NCBI GenBank assembly: GCA_963789265.1
Contig: CAWBKB010000001.1
Location: 224,001-288,000, forward strand
Direction of reading: 5' to 3'
Source: an uncultured delta proteobacterium
GTDB taxonomy: Bacteria; Desulfobacterota; Desulfomonilia; Desulfomonilales; Desulfomonilaceae
Length of the DNA: 64,000 bases
In this document: piece after piece, positions 10,585 to 22,088 of the stretch
Layout: the number at the start of each line of letters is the position of its first letter
Numbering within the stretch: position 1 is the stretch's first letter
The notes under the pieces: generated by a model
Seen by the model: only the letters and a program-made list of their open reading frames with translations
Database searches by the model: none
What the model was told of the DNA's origin: nothing
Translations under genes and position numbers: made by a program

Positions 10585-12376
10585 TCAATTTTGAGGCAGC
10601 GTTAAGCTTTCCCTCAATCCACGAGCCTGTAAGGCCTGGTTGTATGCAGACATTATGTCACGTTGAGAGATTATCCCGACAACCTTTTTCCCATCTTCCC
10701 CTCCGCGAACCACGGGTAGCCTTTCAATTCCATTATCGTCAATCAATCTCAGGGCCGTGTCCAAATTATCCGCGGTCGTGACGGAGATTGCCGGAATCGT
10801 GGCAATATCCCTTGCTATTACGACGTCACTGATATTCTCTTCGAATATCACTTCCCGAAAATCTTTGAGGGAAAGCATGCCGACGAGATTTCCGTCCGTA
10901 TCGGTTACTGGAAACGACGTATGTTGGCTGTAAGGTATTATCCGAACTAACTCTCCCCATGAGGTTCCCTCGAGCACGGTTTCCGGGTGCCAAGTCATAA
11001 AGTCCTCGACCCGCAAGCTCTTGAGAATGTTGACGTCTCTACCGGCCTGAATGTCCACCCCTCTGCGCAGAAGCTTTAAGGTGTAGATCGACTCCCGTTT
11101 GAGACCCCGCGCGACGAATGTTGAAATTACACAACAAATCATGAGGGGCGGTATGATGCGGTAATCCTGGGTCGTTTCGAAGATGATGAGAAATGCCTGA
11201 ATCGGCGCATGAGTGGCTCCTGCGACCACGGCCCCCATACCCACCACGGCATAGGCGCCGGGCGGGGCCGTATATTCAGGAAACAAAAAATGGACGGCAT
11301 AGCCGAAAGCCTCTCCTAGCATTGCCCCCATGAAGAGCGAAGGTGAGAAAATTCCTCCGGATCCTCCGGAACCAACTGTTATCGAAGTAGCAAAGATTTT
11401 CAAAGGGACGAGAACAAGGACCATGCTCCATACATCCTGATTCAGCAACGCTTTTTGTATAGAATCGTACCCAACCCCCATCACCTGCGGGAATCTTAGC
11501 GCAATGATTCCGATAATAGTTCCGCCTACGGCGGCTTTCATATAGTCCGGCACTTTCCAAGCATCCCAGAAATCTTCGCTCTTGTACACCGAAATAATGA
11601 AGCAAACTGCCACCAATCCACCCAGCAAACCAAGGACCGCATAGGACCAAAGTTCCCACGGGGAGATCCAATCATAAGGAGGAACACGAAATGCCGGATA
11701 GTTTCCCAGGAAGTGACGCGAAACGGCGACCGCGACCACGGAAGATAGCATTATGGGAGTAAACGTCGGCACAGCAAAGTCGGCAAGTACGATTTCCAAG
11801 GCGAAAACAGCCCCCGCCATCGGAGCATTAAATGTAGCCGCAATGCCGGCGGCAGCACCGCAGGCCACAAGCACCCGAAGCTTGTCGCTGGGAACTCTCA
11901 GAAGCCCGCCGAGGAGCGAACCCGCCGCACTTCCAATTAGAACTATAGGACCCTCGCGGCCGACCGATCCTCCTGAGCCTATACACAGGCCCGAGGCGAT
12001 AGTCGTCACAAACGAGACGCGTTTCCTAATCGTTCCGCCCTGGGTGGCTACCGCATCCATGACCTCCGGCACACCATGCCCTTTAGCCTCCCTGGCCAGA
12101 AAGTACCACGATCGGCCCGACAAAGACTCCGCCTATGGCCGGCCCCAGCATAACTCTCCACCAAGGAAGAGATTGGACAACCGGGACAAGATCGCCGCCG
12201 TTCGAATATATGAGTGTCTGAAAAAATTCTATGAGATACCTGAAGACTACAGCGCCGAGCCCGCCGCAAACTCCGACCAGCACCCCCAGACTTGGCAGCA
12301 TGAGGCCGCCCGTGTAATTGAGGATCGTTGGCCTCGGTCGTGGCGCTCTACCATCAGTGGAATCGTTCCCTTGCAT
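10585..12376 (-). CDS. ClC chloride channel/antiporter with CBS pair; frameshift near 12110
   Basis: GHGVPE, GREGP, FNAP and GGIFSP motifs, C-terminal CBS domains; N-terminus lies in the adjacent frame. Confidence 0.9.
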
Positions 12377-12553
12377 TGACCCCTCAAATCCGGGAATAGT
12401 CTTCAAAAGGATCAGCCTTGTCAAGCTCCAGGATAATCGAAGATGGGAACCGCTTCGTGGCTGTTGAAAAGGCGATTTGGCACGCACTTTCCGAAGGGAA
12501 TTTGTTTCGGAGCAGCCCCATAGATATCATTTCATGAAACTCTTGTCTTCCAC

Positions 12554-13886
12554 TTAATTCACGGCGTGTATCTTTCGACTCGCCTCAATATCTATTCCAC
12601 GGCGAAAGAGTTTGAGCGTATAAATTGACTGTCTCTTTATTCGGTAAGCAATAAATGTGGATAATGCGCAGCAAAGCGCTAGCGGCAGAATCATTCCATA
12701 ATCCTTGGACATCTCAAGCACCATCACAAGGGCTTGTAGTGGTGCGAGAGTCGTTCCTGCAACCGCAGCGCACATGCCGACAACGGCATAAGCGCCTACG
12801 GGTGCGGCAAACTCAGGAAAGACAGCATTGACGCCAAACCCGAAAAGGCTCCCATGCACGGCCCCCATAAAGAACGAAGGAGCCAATATGCCTCCCGAGC
12901 CTCCGGAGCCCAGGGTTACGGTTGTTGCCAGTATCTTGAGAGGCAGCAAGATCAGCAGAAGGCTCGGGACCTGTTGCCCCAGCAAAACCCTTCCGATGGT
13001 CGAGTCCCCGAGTCCCATTACTTGAGGAAAATACAGGCCGAGACATCCGACGACGATGCCGCCTATTGATGCTTTGCAGTATTCGGGGATCCTGAAAGAA
13101 TTCCAAAGATCTTCCATCTTGTAGGTAGAGAGAGATTGTAAAGGCAACAGCCACCAGCCCGGCTCCTGCCCCCAATACGACGTAAGACGGCAGTTCAAAA
13201 GCGGAGTGCCAGGCGTATGGTGGAATCGAAAATAGGGCATAATTCCCCAAGATCGTGCGAGCGACTACCGTGCCCAGAACTGAAGAAAACAGGACCGGCG
13301 CGGCAGTGGACAAAGTAATATCGACCAGGACTATTTCAAGGGCAAAGATAGCCCCGGCAATGGGAGCATTGAACGTTGCGCCTATTCCGGCCGCGGCGCC
13401 GCAGCCGACCAGCACACGTAACTGTTGCGATGAGAGTCCCAGCGACTGCCTCAAAGCGGAACCGATTAACCTGCACATTTGGATTATCGGACCTTCTCGA
13501 CCGGCAGAACCGCCTGAACCTATGCAGATCGCTGAAGCAACTGCTTTTACCAGTACAAGCCGTTTTCTGATGATGCTCCCGCCAAGGGCTGATGCATAAA
13601 TTACTTCGGGGACGCCGGAACCTTTGGCTTTCCCTGGCAAAGAAATATACCAACGGGCCGACCACGGCCCCGCCGATTGCCGGACCGAGAACTATCCGCC
13701 ACCCGGCAATAAAAGGTACTATCTCGCTGAAGTCGCCGGAGTGGGAGTAAATTAGCCGCTGGAATAATTCAATGAGCCCCCTAAATACAACTGCGCCCAA
13801 CCCGCCGAAAATCCCGTCAATATTACCAGCGCGGGCAGTATCAGGGTAGACGACGGGGAATACTCGTTTGTTTCAAGATCTGTCAT
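12554..13886 (-). CDS. Second ClC-family protein without CBS domains; ~3 frameshifts (or pseudogene)
   Basis: GSGVPE, GREGP, FNAP, GGILAP and SIYTLKL spread over several frames (shifts near 13815, 13635, 13135). Confidence 0.8.
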
Positions 13887-14029
13887 GCAGCCACGCTACC
13901 CAACGAGCACGTTGCGAGGCGAGAGTATTCGGAACGGTTCACCTGACAAAGAAACTTGACCTTCATTGTGAGGATTAGTGGTGTGGGCATCCTGCCCGCC
14001 ACCGCGTTCATCTGGCAAAGAAACTGAAT

Positions 14030-14124
14030 CGTCATTGCGAGGGCGCAAGCCCGTGGCAATCTCCCAATCTGGGAGAAAAGATTGCTTTCCCGCGGAACGC
14101 GGGATTTCACTTCTCGCGATGGCA
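14030..14124. repeat. GTCATTGCGAG...GCAATC REP-like doublet with an inserted micro-hairpin
   Basis: CGTCATTGCGAGGGCGCAAGCCCGTGGCAATCT plus inverted partner AGATTGCTT[TCCCGCGGAACGCGGGA]TTTCACTTCTCGCGATGGCA. Confidence 0.7.
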
Positions 14125-14190
14125 TCCCTCCTTCAAGCCGATTCTTTTGCAAGGCTACTATCCGAAAAGCCATTGTCAGCACAAAATTGA

Positions 14191-14673
14191 CTAATTCCGG
14201 GCCTCCGCTTCGAGCGGCTCGATTTTCGCGTTATCGACAATTTCTATACAGCCTATTACACTCTGGGCTGCCGGACATTTGGTCAAATATATTGCAAGGG
14301 CATGCCTTGCGTCGTCTTCTTTGCCCGGTGGAACCTTCAAATCGTAATTAACGCGAATTCTGGTGATCTTTAGCACACCGTTGACATCCTCGATATCGCC
14401 TTCCACATCAGCCCAAAAATTATCCGGAGGTGTGCTGATTTGTTTTCCGGCCAGGACCCCGGCCAGTGTCCCCATCATTCAGGCGGCAACTGCCGTGATT
14501 ATGTGATCCAACGTGGCGGGGTGCTCCTGCGCCGGCTCAACCTTGTAAAATTCTTTGATGCCGCCGTGGACACCATAATAGACTTCGCCTGGAAAACCCT
14601 TGATAATTGCCTTCCTGGTCGGGCCTTCTTCTCTAACGATCCTGCTGACAGACGTATGAACAATTTTGCCCAT
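14191..14673 (-). CDS. OsmC/Ohr-like selenoprotein (160 aa), Sec at TGA 14481-14479
   Basis: ORFs 14479-14673 and 14191-14478 abut in one frame: LDHIITAVAA-U-MMGTLAG...YLTKCPAAQSV. U occupies the first OsmC Cys position and a SECIS-like hairpin follows. Confidence 0.85.
14447..14466 (-). promoter_or_regulatory. SECIS-like hairpin of the OsmC-like gene
   Basis: CTGGCCGG-GGTC-CTGGCCGG, 8-bp stem (two G-U pairs), starting 12 nt after the TGA. Confidence 0.75.
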
Positions 14674-14857
14674 TTCAACCTCCCGCCAAAGCTATTAAAT
14701 CGTCGTTTGTAGGGTACTTCTTCAACGAGAACAGAGCAAGCGTTTAGTTTTTGCATTAGCAGAATTGCCCGGGCTGAAGAGGCCGGGTTAACGCGGGTGC
14801 CCAAAATAATATCCCTTTGACCATCTACACTTAGAACCTTGAGGGGACGCCGGCGCT

Positions 14858-14955
14858 ACTCCGGATCGGCGTCCGGGGTGACCCCACGTTCCACGCGAGA
14901 TGCCCTACCATATCTTGTCCAGGATTGTTACCTCTTTGCCGGCGCATTGGTATTA
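14858..14955 (-). mobile_element. MITE family A, partial copy (left end)
   Basis: Reverse complement TAATACCAATGCGCCGGCAAAGAGGTAACAATCCTGGACAAGATATGGTAG matches the starts of the 10281 and 27444 copies. Confidence 0.7.
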
Positions 14956-15143
14956 GCAGGTCCTGTTTACAGTCGCACCGGAACTAAATTTCACAGGCTT
15001 ACTCTAATTAACAGAACGAATGACGGCCAATTTGACGTTCGCTGTCTGAACGCAGCACATTGGTCATGATTCTCATTTACGATCGGCGGGTGAATTGTTG
15101 AGCCGATCGACGGGCGGGCAATTGTACGTGTGGAGAACCGCAA

Positions 15144-15863
15144 ATGAAAATCGCAAGTCCCGGCATATTGCCGGCAATGATTATAATCTTGCTTACATGC
15201 TTTATCTCGTCTAACCTGTCCTGGTCCAAAGCTCAGGTGCCGGTGGAACCGTTTGCTGTGGTGAAGGCGGTGCAAGGAATCGTTGACATGACCACGGCAA
15301 GGGTCCACCAGCCGGTGGAGCTTATGAACGGGGACATAGTCCATGTTCGGGACACCATAGCCACGAATGCGCGCAGCAAACTTCTGCTGAAATGGAAGAC
15401 CGGGGTATTGACCTCGCTGAGCGAGCAGTCCTCTGTGTCGATTGGTCGAAGCGGGACCCCGAGCAGCCTGGTTAACGTCCTTAAGATGACTAGTGGAGTG
15501 CTTCGCGTCTCAAAACCGGGAGGCTGCAGCCAGGTCACACCGTACAGAGTGACAACTCCGGAAGCTTCCATAGAGCCTCTCGATTATAACGCGCCGGTGG
15601 ATTTCATCGTAGACGTGCGCTCACCGGCAATGTCGGTAATAACGGTGATTAGCGGACCGGTGCGAATCGCCGGTCTATCCGCGGCTCAACCCATGGAACT
15701 GGCCGTTTCGGGCTGCCACACGGTTTTTGTAAACCGGGGGATGCAACAGCCCAAGGTATTTGGGTCGGACTCGGGTGACCTTGGTAAACTAGTGAACCAA
15801 ACAACCATTCCGGGAACATTAGTGATGAATTTTGCGTGTCCTGTGCCGACATGGCTTTTCTGA
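15144..15863 (+). CDS. Secreted FecR-domain protein
   Basis: Signal peptide; GD.V...DTI.T...S, LSEQSSVSI, L....G.LRV and VTTPEA FecR-like pattern. Confidence 0.65.
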   Translation: MKIASPGILPAMIIILLTCFISSNLSWSKAQVPVEPFAVVKAVQGIVDMTTARVHQPVELMNGDIVHVRDTIATNARSKLLLKWKTGVLTSLSEQSSVSIGRSGTPSSLVNVLKMTSGVLRVSKPGGCSQVTPYRVTTPEASIEPLDYNAPVDFIVDVRSPAMSVITVISGPVRIAGLSAAQPMELAVSGCHTVFVNRGMQQPKVFGSDSGDLGKLVNQTTIPGTLVMNFACPVPTWLF

Positions 15864-16000
15864 ATTGCCGCACGACCCGGCACTATGATATGGCACATGA
15901 CTCTTCATTGGGGTCCGGGTACGGCAATCCCGATTCGCGAGCCGAGATATCGGGAATTTCAATCTTCGAAAGAAGAAGCCGCATATAGGCAGTGGTAGGC

Positions 16001-17327
16001 ATGAGAGTAATCAAGTTAATGTTGTTTGCCCTTGCGCTTTGGGTTCGGGCCGGCGCTGTTGTTTTTCGAGCCGCAAACCTTGTTGGGAGACACAAATGAA
16101 CCGGTGCACCCTTTGGTGTATCTGCTGGACGTAGACGGCACGATAAATCCGGCAGTCGCCGCCTTCATTTCAGGCGGAGTTGAAACGGCCGAAGAGAAGC
16201 ACGCTGCTGCGTTAATCATTCGTTTGGACACTCCGGGCGGCGTTTCTGGTTACGACAAAGACCATCATTAAGAAAATGACCAACGCCAGAGTGCCGGTTG
16301 TGGGTGTACGTGGCTCCCAGCGGTTCGTCAGCCGCTTCAGCCGGCGCCCTCATAACCATGGCTGCGGATGTGGCCGCTATGGCACCCGGCACAAATATCG
16401 GCGCGGCCCACCCGGTGGGTGGAATCGGCCAACAAATCAATTCGACCATGTCCGAAAAGATAGTGAATGATCTCACTGCATACATGCGGGCTATAATTGC
16501 AAGTAAGGGACGCAACTCTCAATGGGTCGAAAGTGCGATTAAGGAGAGCGCGTCCATAACGTCCGATGAAGCGCTCCGCCTCAAAGTCATAGATCTCATA
16601 GCAGACTCTGTTCCGCAGCTTCTTAACAAACTGAACGGAAGAACAATCGAGAAGAACCGCATAAGTATGACGTTACAGACCAAAGGCGCTACGGTGGTGA
16701 GAATACCGGCAGGGTGGCGCTTCAAAATACTGGACGCTATCGCCAATCCGAACGTCGCTTACGTCCTGATGCTGATCGGGACCCTCGGCATAATTGTGGA
16801 GCTATACCATCCCGGTGCAATCCTCCCAGGGGTGGCGGGCGGAATTTGCCTCTTCCTGGCCTTCTTTGCTCTGCAAGTACTGCCGGTGAACTATGTGGGA
16901 ATATTGCTTATTATTCTTGCAATAATCCTGTTTGTTGTGGAACTCAAGGTTCCGTCTGTACGGCCTGCTGGGTATAGGGGCAATAATAAGCCTGACTCTG
17001 GGCTCCGTCATGCTCTTTAGCCCAGACGAGACCGGGATGCGAGTATCATGGTCAGTGATAGTCCCCATGGTTTCCGTATTGTCCGCTTTCTTCATTGTCG
17101 TCCTCGGATTGGTGGCGAAAGCTAGGCTCAAGAAGCCGAGGACCGGTCAAGAAGGACTCATGGGAGAAATCGGTCTTGCAGTTACCGATCTTGACACCAC
17201 CGGAATAGTATCGGTTCACGGCGAATACTGGCACGCTCGTGCGTTAGAATTTATCTCTAAAGGCCAAACGATCCGCGTAATTAGGGTTGAGGACCTTTGC
17301 CTGGTGGTGACGCGGGACGCGACGTGA
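16001..17327 (+). CDS. nfeD: NfeD membrane-bound ClpP-class protease; ~3 frameshifts
   Basis: GTINP, IRLDTPGG, YVAPSG..AASAG, GTNIGAAHPV, TM block, C-terminal TG.EGLMGE...V.VHGEYW OB domain. Confidence 0.85.
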
Positions 17328-19153
17328 GATCGTTTCTGAGAAACACTTCTAAACGGAAGGCCACGAACCAGGCAATCGAGCGCAGATCACCGCCCTCTTT
17401 CCTGCACAGACTTTGGAGCCTCGTCGGACCTTACTGGACATCTGAGGAAAAGTGGAAGGCTCTCGCACTGCTCGTTGTGGTCATGGGCATGAACCTTGGA
17501 ATGGTTTATGTTCAGGTGTTGCTCAACCAGTGGATCAAAGAATTCTATAATGCTCTGCAGACTCAGAATAAAGCCCTCTTCTTAACACAACTATGGCGGT
17601 TTGCCGAGCTTGCTGCGGCCTACATCATCCAGGCCGTTTACATGCTCTATCTGAATCAAATGCTTCAGATACGCTGGCGGCGCTGGTTTACGCAAAGGTA
17701 CCTGTCGAGGTGGCTTGGCCACCAAGCATATTATCGTATGCAGTTTCTGGGACCCGGCACGGACAACCCCGACCAACGGATCAGTGAAGACATCGATTCA
17801 TTCATCAATCTCACCTTGACTCTGAGCATTGAGCTATTGAGTTCGGCAGCGACGCTGATTTCGTTCGTTGCCATTCTTTGGGGACTGTCCGGGACTCTCA
17901 GCATACCTCTGGGCGGGTCTTGGGGGACATTGAAAATCCCTGGCTACATGGTCTGGGCTGCCATCACTTACTCCACGATTGGGACGTGGCTTACCCTGCG
18001 TGTGGGAAATCCCCTGATCCAATTAAACTTTAATCAGCAACGATTCGAGGCGGATTTTCGTTTCAGCATGGCTCGCTTGCGTGAAAACAGCGAATCCGTC
18101 GCTTTGTATGGCGGTGAACAGCAGGAACAGGCCGACTTTTTTACTCGCTTCAGATCGGTCGTAAACAATTACTGGAAAATCATGAAGCGACGGAAGAAAG
18201 TTAACTGGCTGACCAGCGGGTACAATCAATTGGCTGTCATTTTTCCGGTGTTGATGGCCGCGCCCCGATTTTTTGCCGGAAAGATGCACCTGGGCGGCCT
18301 AATGCAAACCGTCGCTGCCTTCTCATCGGTTCACAACTCGCTGTCATACCTGGTTAACAGCTACACGACAATTGCGACTTGGACTGCTGTAATGAATCGG
18401 CTCACAGGATTTACCGGCGCCATCGAGCGAGTTGAATCGCTAAAGGGGAGAGAAAACCTCAAGCGTCTCAGTTCTCCCGACCGATCCTTCTACGTAAGAT
18501 CTCTCAACGTGTTCTTACCCGATAATAAGCTTCTGCTGGAAAATTTGAACTTACATCTGGAACCTGGAGCTTCCTTGCTCATCTCCGGGCCGTCCGGCTC
18601 CGGCAAAAGTACGTTGCTGCGCGCCCTGGCCGGGATCTGGCCGTTCGCCACCGGAGTCGTCTCATTACCCGAAACAGCCAAGGTAATCTTTGTGCCCCAG
18701 AGGCCATATCTGCCCTTGGGAACTCTGCGCCGGGCTATGTATTACCCCTACATGCCGGAAAAGGAAGACCGGCGGTTGCCTGAAATCCTCGATATCTGCG
18801 ATCTTACGCATTTATCGACCTCACTGGACAAGGGTGAAAATTGGGCGCAGTCGCTATCATTGGGGGAACAGCAGCGCGTTGCCTTTGCCAGGATTCTTCT
18901 CCAGGGGCCTGATTACATGTTCCTGGATGAAGCAACCGCATCACTTGATGAAGAAAGGGAAGAGACACTTTATCAGCTTGTCAGATCACGACTTCCTTAT
19001 GCGACGGTAGTGAGCGCCGGCCATCGTCATACTTTGCTTGCCTGGCACGAGTCACGTTTGAACCTCCTGGGGGGAGGGAAATGGGCCAGAGTCGTTGGTG
19101 CAAAAGAAGCAGCCGAAACTGTTGGTTCATGGACTGTTAGACGAATGGATTGA
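17324..19153 (+). CDS. Fused ABC transporter permease/ATPase (YddA/BacA-like)
   Basis: DNPDQRISED, EADFRF...RENSE, Walker A GPSGSGKST, LSLGEQQR, LDEATA. Confidence 0.9.
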   Translation: MRSFLRNTSKRKATNQAIERRSPPSFLHRLWSLVGPYWTSEEKWKALALLVVVMGMNLGMVYVQVLLNQWIKEFYNALQTQNKALFLTQLWRFAELAAAYIIQAVYMLYLNQMLQIRWRRWFTQRYLSRWLGHQAYYRMQFLGPGTDNPDQRISEDIDSFINLTLTLSIELLSSAATLISFVAILWGLSGTLSIPLGGSWGTLKIPGYMVWAAITYSTIGTWLTLRVGNPLIQLNFNQQRFEADFRFSMARLRENSESVALYGGEQQEQADFFTRFRSVVNNYWKIMKRRKKVNWLTSGYNQLAVIFPVLMAAPRFFAGKMHLGGLMQTVAAFSSVHNSLSYLVNSYTTIATWTAVMNRLTGFTGAIERVESLKGRENLKRLSSPDRSFYVRSLNVFLPDNKLLLENLNLHLEPGASLLISGPSGSGKSTLLRALAGIWPFATGVVSLPETAKVIFVPQRPYLPLGTLRRAMYYPYMPEKEDRRLPEILDICDLTHLSTSLDKGENWAQSLSLGEQQRVAFARILLQGPDYMFLDEATASLDEEREETLYQLVRSRLPYATVVSAGHRHTLLAWHESRLNLLGGGKWARVVGAKEAAETVGSWTVRRMD

Positions 19154-19199
19154 GCTGAGTACAGGTTTTCATAAATTCGGTCACGCATTTCCACAGTGG

Positions 19200-19272
19200 A
19201 GATTGCTTCGTCGTTTCACTCCTCGCAATGACATTCCTACTACCTGTCATTGCGAGCGCAGCGAAGCAATCT
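19200..19272. repeat. GTCATTGCGAG...AAGCAATCT REP-like doublet
   Basis: AGATTGCTTCGTCGTTTCACTCCTCGCAATGACA and TGTCATTGCGAGCGCAGCGAAGCAATCT in inverted orientation. Confidence 0.8.
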
Positions 19273-19378
19273 TCTTCCGTACTCGGTTCTTAACATCACC
19301 GTATTTGCGAAAAGGAGTACTAAGGGATTATGGAGTTTGCTCCGCCTGTGAACTCAATCTGGGAATAACCGATACGAT

Positions 19379-19426
19379 GCAACAGACGAATCCTTGAAAA
19401 ACGGTTCACTCGGATTCGTCTGTTGC
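19379..19426. terminator. 15-bp perfect inverted repeat between convergent genes
   Basis: GCAACAGACGAATCC-N18-GGATTCGTCTGTTGC just downstream of degP. Confidence 0.55.
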
Positions 19427-19455
19427 GAGCTGCCGGTTGTATTAATGCTCTGTTG

Positions 19456-20893
19456 TTAGAAACTCTCCGCCAAGAAAATCGTTGCACCAGCCCGCTGGAT
19501 CTTCATACGTATGATCCCGCTTTTCTTGGACTTCGTAACCTGCTTGTTGAATTCCGAGACGCCGGTAATTGAAGTTCCGTCGACTTCAAGGATTATGTCT
19601 CCAGGTCTCAACCCCATTGCGGCGCCCCGACCTTCAGGATTCACTTCTTTGATCTCGAGTCCGACCCCTTCTTTTAAATGCAACTTGGATGCCATTTCCG
19701 GGGGTACCTTCTCCACAGTGATTCCGAGTTCGCCGGAAGTCTTTGCAGAAGGTGTCGCAGTCTCGACTGCTTTGGCAGTACGTTCCGCCACTGTGACGTT
19801 CACTTCAAGAGATTTCTTGTCTCTCCAGATTTCTAATTTAGCCGCGGAACCCGGCTTGGTTGCCCCAACAAGGTTCTTGAGTTGCGATGCGTCAGTTATT
19901 GGCTTCCCGTTATAACTGAGAATAATATCTCCCGCCTTAATACCGGCTTTTGCCGCAACACTTTCCGGTACCACCTGTGCCACGAGCGCTCCGTTAGTAT
20001 CAGGGCGTCCAAACGATTTTGCCAGCGCTTGGCTCAGATCCTGAATGTTGACTCCCAGAAGCCCGCGTTCCACCTTGCCGTGCTTGCGAAGTTCCTCCAT
20101 GACCGTTTTCGCAGCATCGGAAGGTATGGCGAATCCTATGCCCATGTAACCGCCACTCTTGGTCGCTATGGCAGTGTTTACCCCGACAACGTGCCCCTTG
20201 AGGTTTACCAAAGGTCCCCCGGAGTTTCCGGGATTGATTGGTGCATCGGTTTGAATGAAGTCTTCGTAACTTTCGATTCCCACGTTGTTGCGGCCTGTTG
20301 CGCTCACGATGCCATTGGTGACGGTGCCCGTCAACCCGAAAGGATTACCAATGGCCATCACGATCTCACCGACTTTCAACTTGGCAGAATCGCCCCACGT
20401 GATCGGAGACAAGTTCTTCGCTTTAATCTTGATCAAGGCGAGGTCACTGTCGGCGTCGGCGGCGACCAATTTGGCAGTGTACTCTCGTTTACCTTGTAAA
20501 GTCACCTTGATCTTCTTCATGTCCTTCACAACGTGGTTGTTTGTCATTATCAAGCCGTCCGGAGATACAATAAACCCAGATCCCAAGAGCGTCTCGACTG
20601 AGTGCGGATGTTGTTGGAATTGCTTGGGCATCTCTTGACCGGGCGGCAAGAAAGGAAATCCTTTAAAAAAAGGCAATAGACCTCCCCCAGGAGCGGTGGC
20701 TACCGTTCTCAGTAGAACTCACGCGCACAACGGAAGGTGAGATCTTCTGCGCAATATCAATAAATGTTTGGCTCAGACCTTGGATCGCCGGTGAAGGCGT
20801 TACTGTAGCGGAAAAGGAGGAGCCGGGAACAACCAACCCCACGATGAGCACTAGCGCTGCCAGCAAAGATGACAGCCAATTCTTTTTGTTCAT
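19456..20893 (-). CDS. degP: HtrA/DegP (Do-family) serine protease with two PDZ domains; frameshifted near 20670-20710
   Basis: Signal peptide, GSGF, TNNHV, DLALIK, QTDAPINPGNSGG, two PDZ domains. Confidence 0.9.
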
Positions 20894-21187
20894 TAATTTG
20901 CCTCCTGTCTAGTCGTGTTTGCAAACGGACTCGTAGTCCCTCTGCGTGATATTCACTACGGAAGTCGATAAACGGTTTAGACCTACATGTTTCCGGGCAT
21001 GTGAAACAACAGACGCAAACAGTATGAAATAGACAGCACAAAAACAAATGCAGGCACACGTCTAATTCTTATTGCCGGCGTTTTGTATTAGGACATGCGA
21101 GAATTCGACTCCAACCGTTGGGACGAACACTCGACAATCTTCGTCTTCCTTGGTCCCCCCATTGCACAGTGATGTACTGTTTGGGCT

Positions 21188-21688
21188 TCATCGTGGTGAA
21201 GCTGCTGCAACCATCTTTTGGCCTCGTTTCAGCTTGCCTTGGCCTTTCTTCGTAATTCCGTCGACCCTGGACAAAGCTTTTCCCGCTCTCACCATCATCG
21301 CTATTCCCTTTCGCACAAGCCTCGCGCCTTCCATCATGTTTCCACCGGCTACTCCCAATCTCCTTATGTTCTGCAACAATCCGGTCTGAAGTTTCCGAAC
21401 CTCAGAAAGCTGTTTTACCTCCTCGGCCATTGTTTTGTCCGCTTCGGACATCATTTATCCGGCCTTCGCATAATGGTGTTTCGTCGCTATAATGCGCATG
21501 GCCTCCTGCAATTTCTTTGACGCGTCCGCCACCTTTTGAGAGCCCTCAATAATCGGGTTCCGTTGCTTGGTTGTTTGTTCCCGTAAGGTGCCTTTTGAAG
21601 TTGCTTGCGCAGTAGCGGGAGGTGTAACAATTTGCACCAGAGCGCTGCTGGTCAACCCTACAGTCCATATTTTAATTTGGGTCCGCAT
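21188..21688 (-). pseudogene. Degenerate paralog of the Met-rich helical protein (1209-1733)
   Basis: IEGSQKVADASKKLQEAMRII...AKAG*MMSEADKTMAEEVKQLSE aligns with MEGSKKMTEGAQKMLEAAKMI...DKAEQMMKDGSTMMQEGKKMLSE; an in-frame TAA at 21457-21455 replaces a Gln codon. Confidence 0.65.
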
Positions 21689-21917
21689 TATTTATGCTCC
21701 CAAGCCTAGTTGACAAATACGACTCGATTACCGAAAGTTTGTTCCATGTTTGACCGCGGAATCATCAAAATAACGGAGGCAACGGGACATGTCGGAAACG
21801 CGGCCCCCCGAGGTGGAAGGTCGAGCGCCGTTGCTCCGTGAACTGGAAGCGGCTCAAATTGTCTACTGTAGAATATGGACGCGAAATGGTTAGGTCCAAC
21901 TCCAGTTGGGCGGAGGG

Positions 21918-22088
21918 ATGAGGATGCTGAGCAAGCCATTCAATCACTTGCCAAGTACAGAATACTTGATCATGCTTGGAGTCGCCATTGTGATTGCGTT
22001 TCTGGCGGCGTTTTTCGGTTCTTTGGTTCGCAGAATTCTGGGAGACCGCCGTCGAGCGGGCCGGACGAAAAATCAGGAATCGCCCTGA
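21918..22088 (+). CDS. Small single-TM protein
   Basis: GGAGG upstream; hydrophobic LIMLGVAIVIAFLAAFFGSLV followed by a basic tail. Confidence 0.5.
   Translation: MRMLSKPFNHLPSTEYLIMLGVAIVIAFLAAFFGSLVRRILGDRRRAGRTKNQESP

Noticed and set aside
15861..15998. TGA ending the FecR-like gene, followed by an open frame and a hairpin, as a read-through site
   Set aside because: There is no Cys-motif context and the hairpin lies more than 60 nt downstream, outside SECIS spacing.
21455..21457. In-frame stop between two abutting ORFs as a recoding site
   Set aside because: The codon is TAA at a Gln position in a visibly degenerate paralog, so it is a nonsense mutation.
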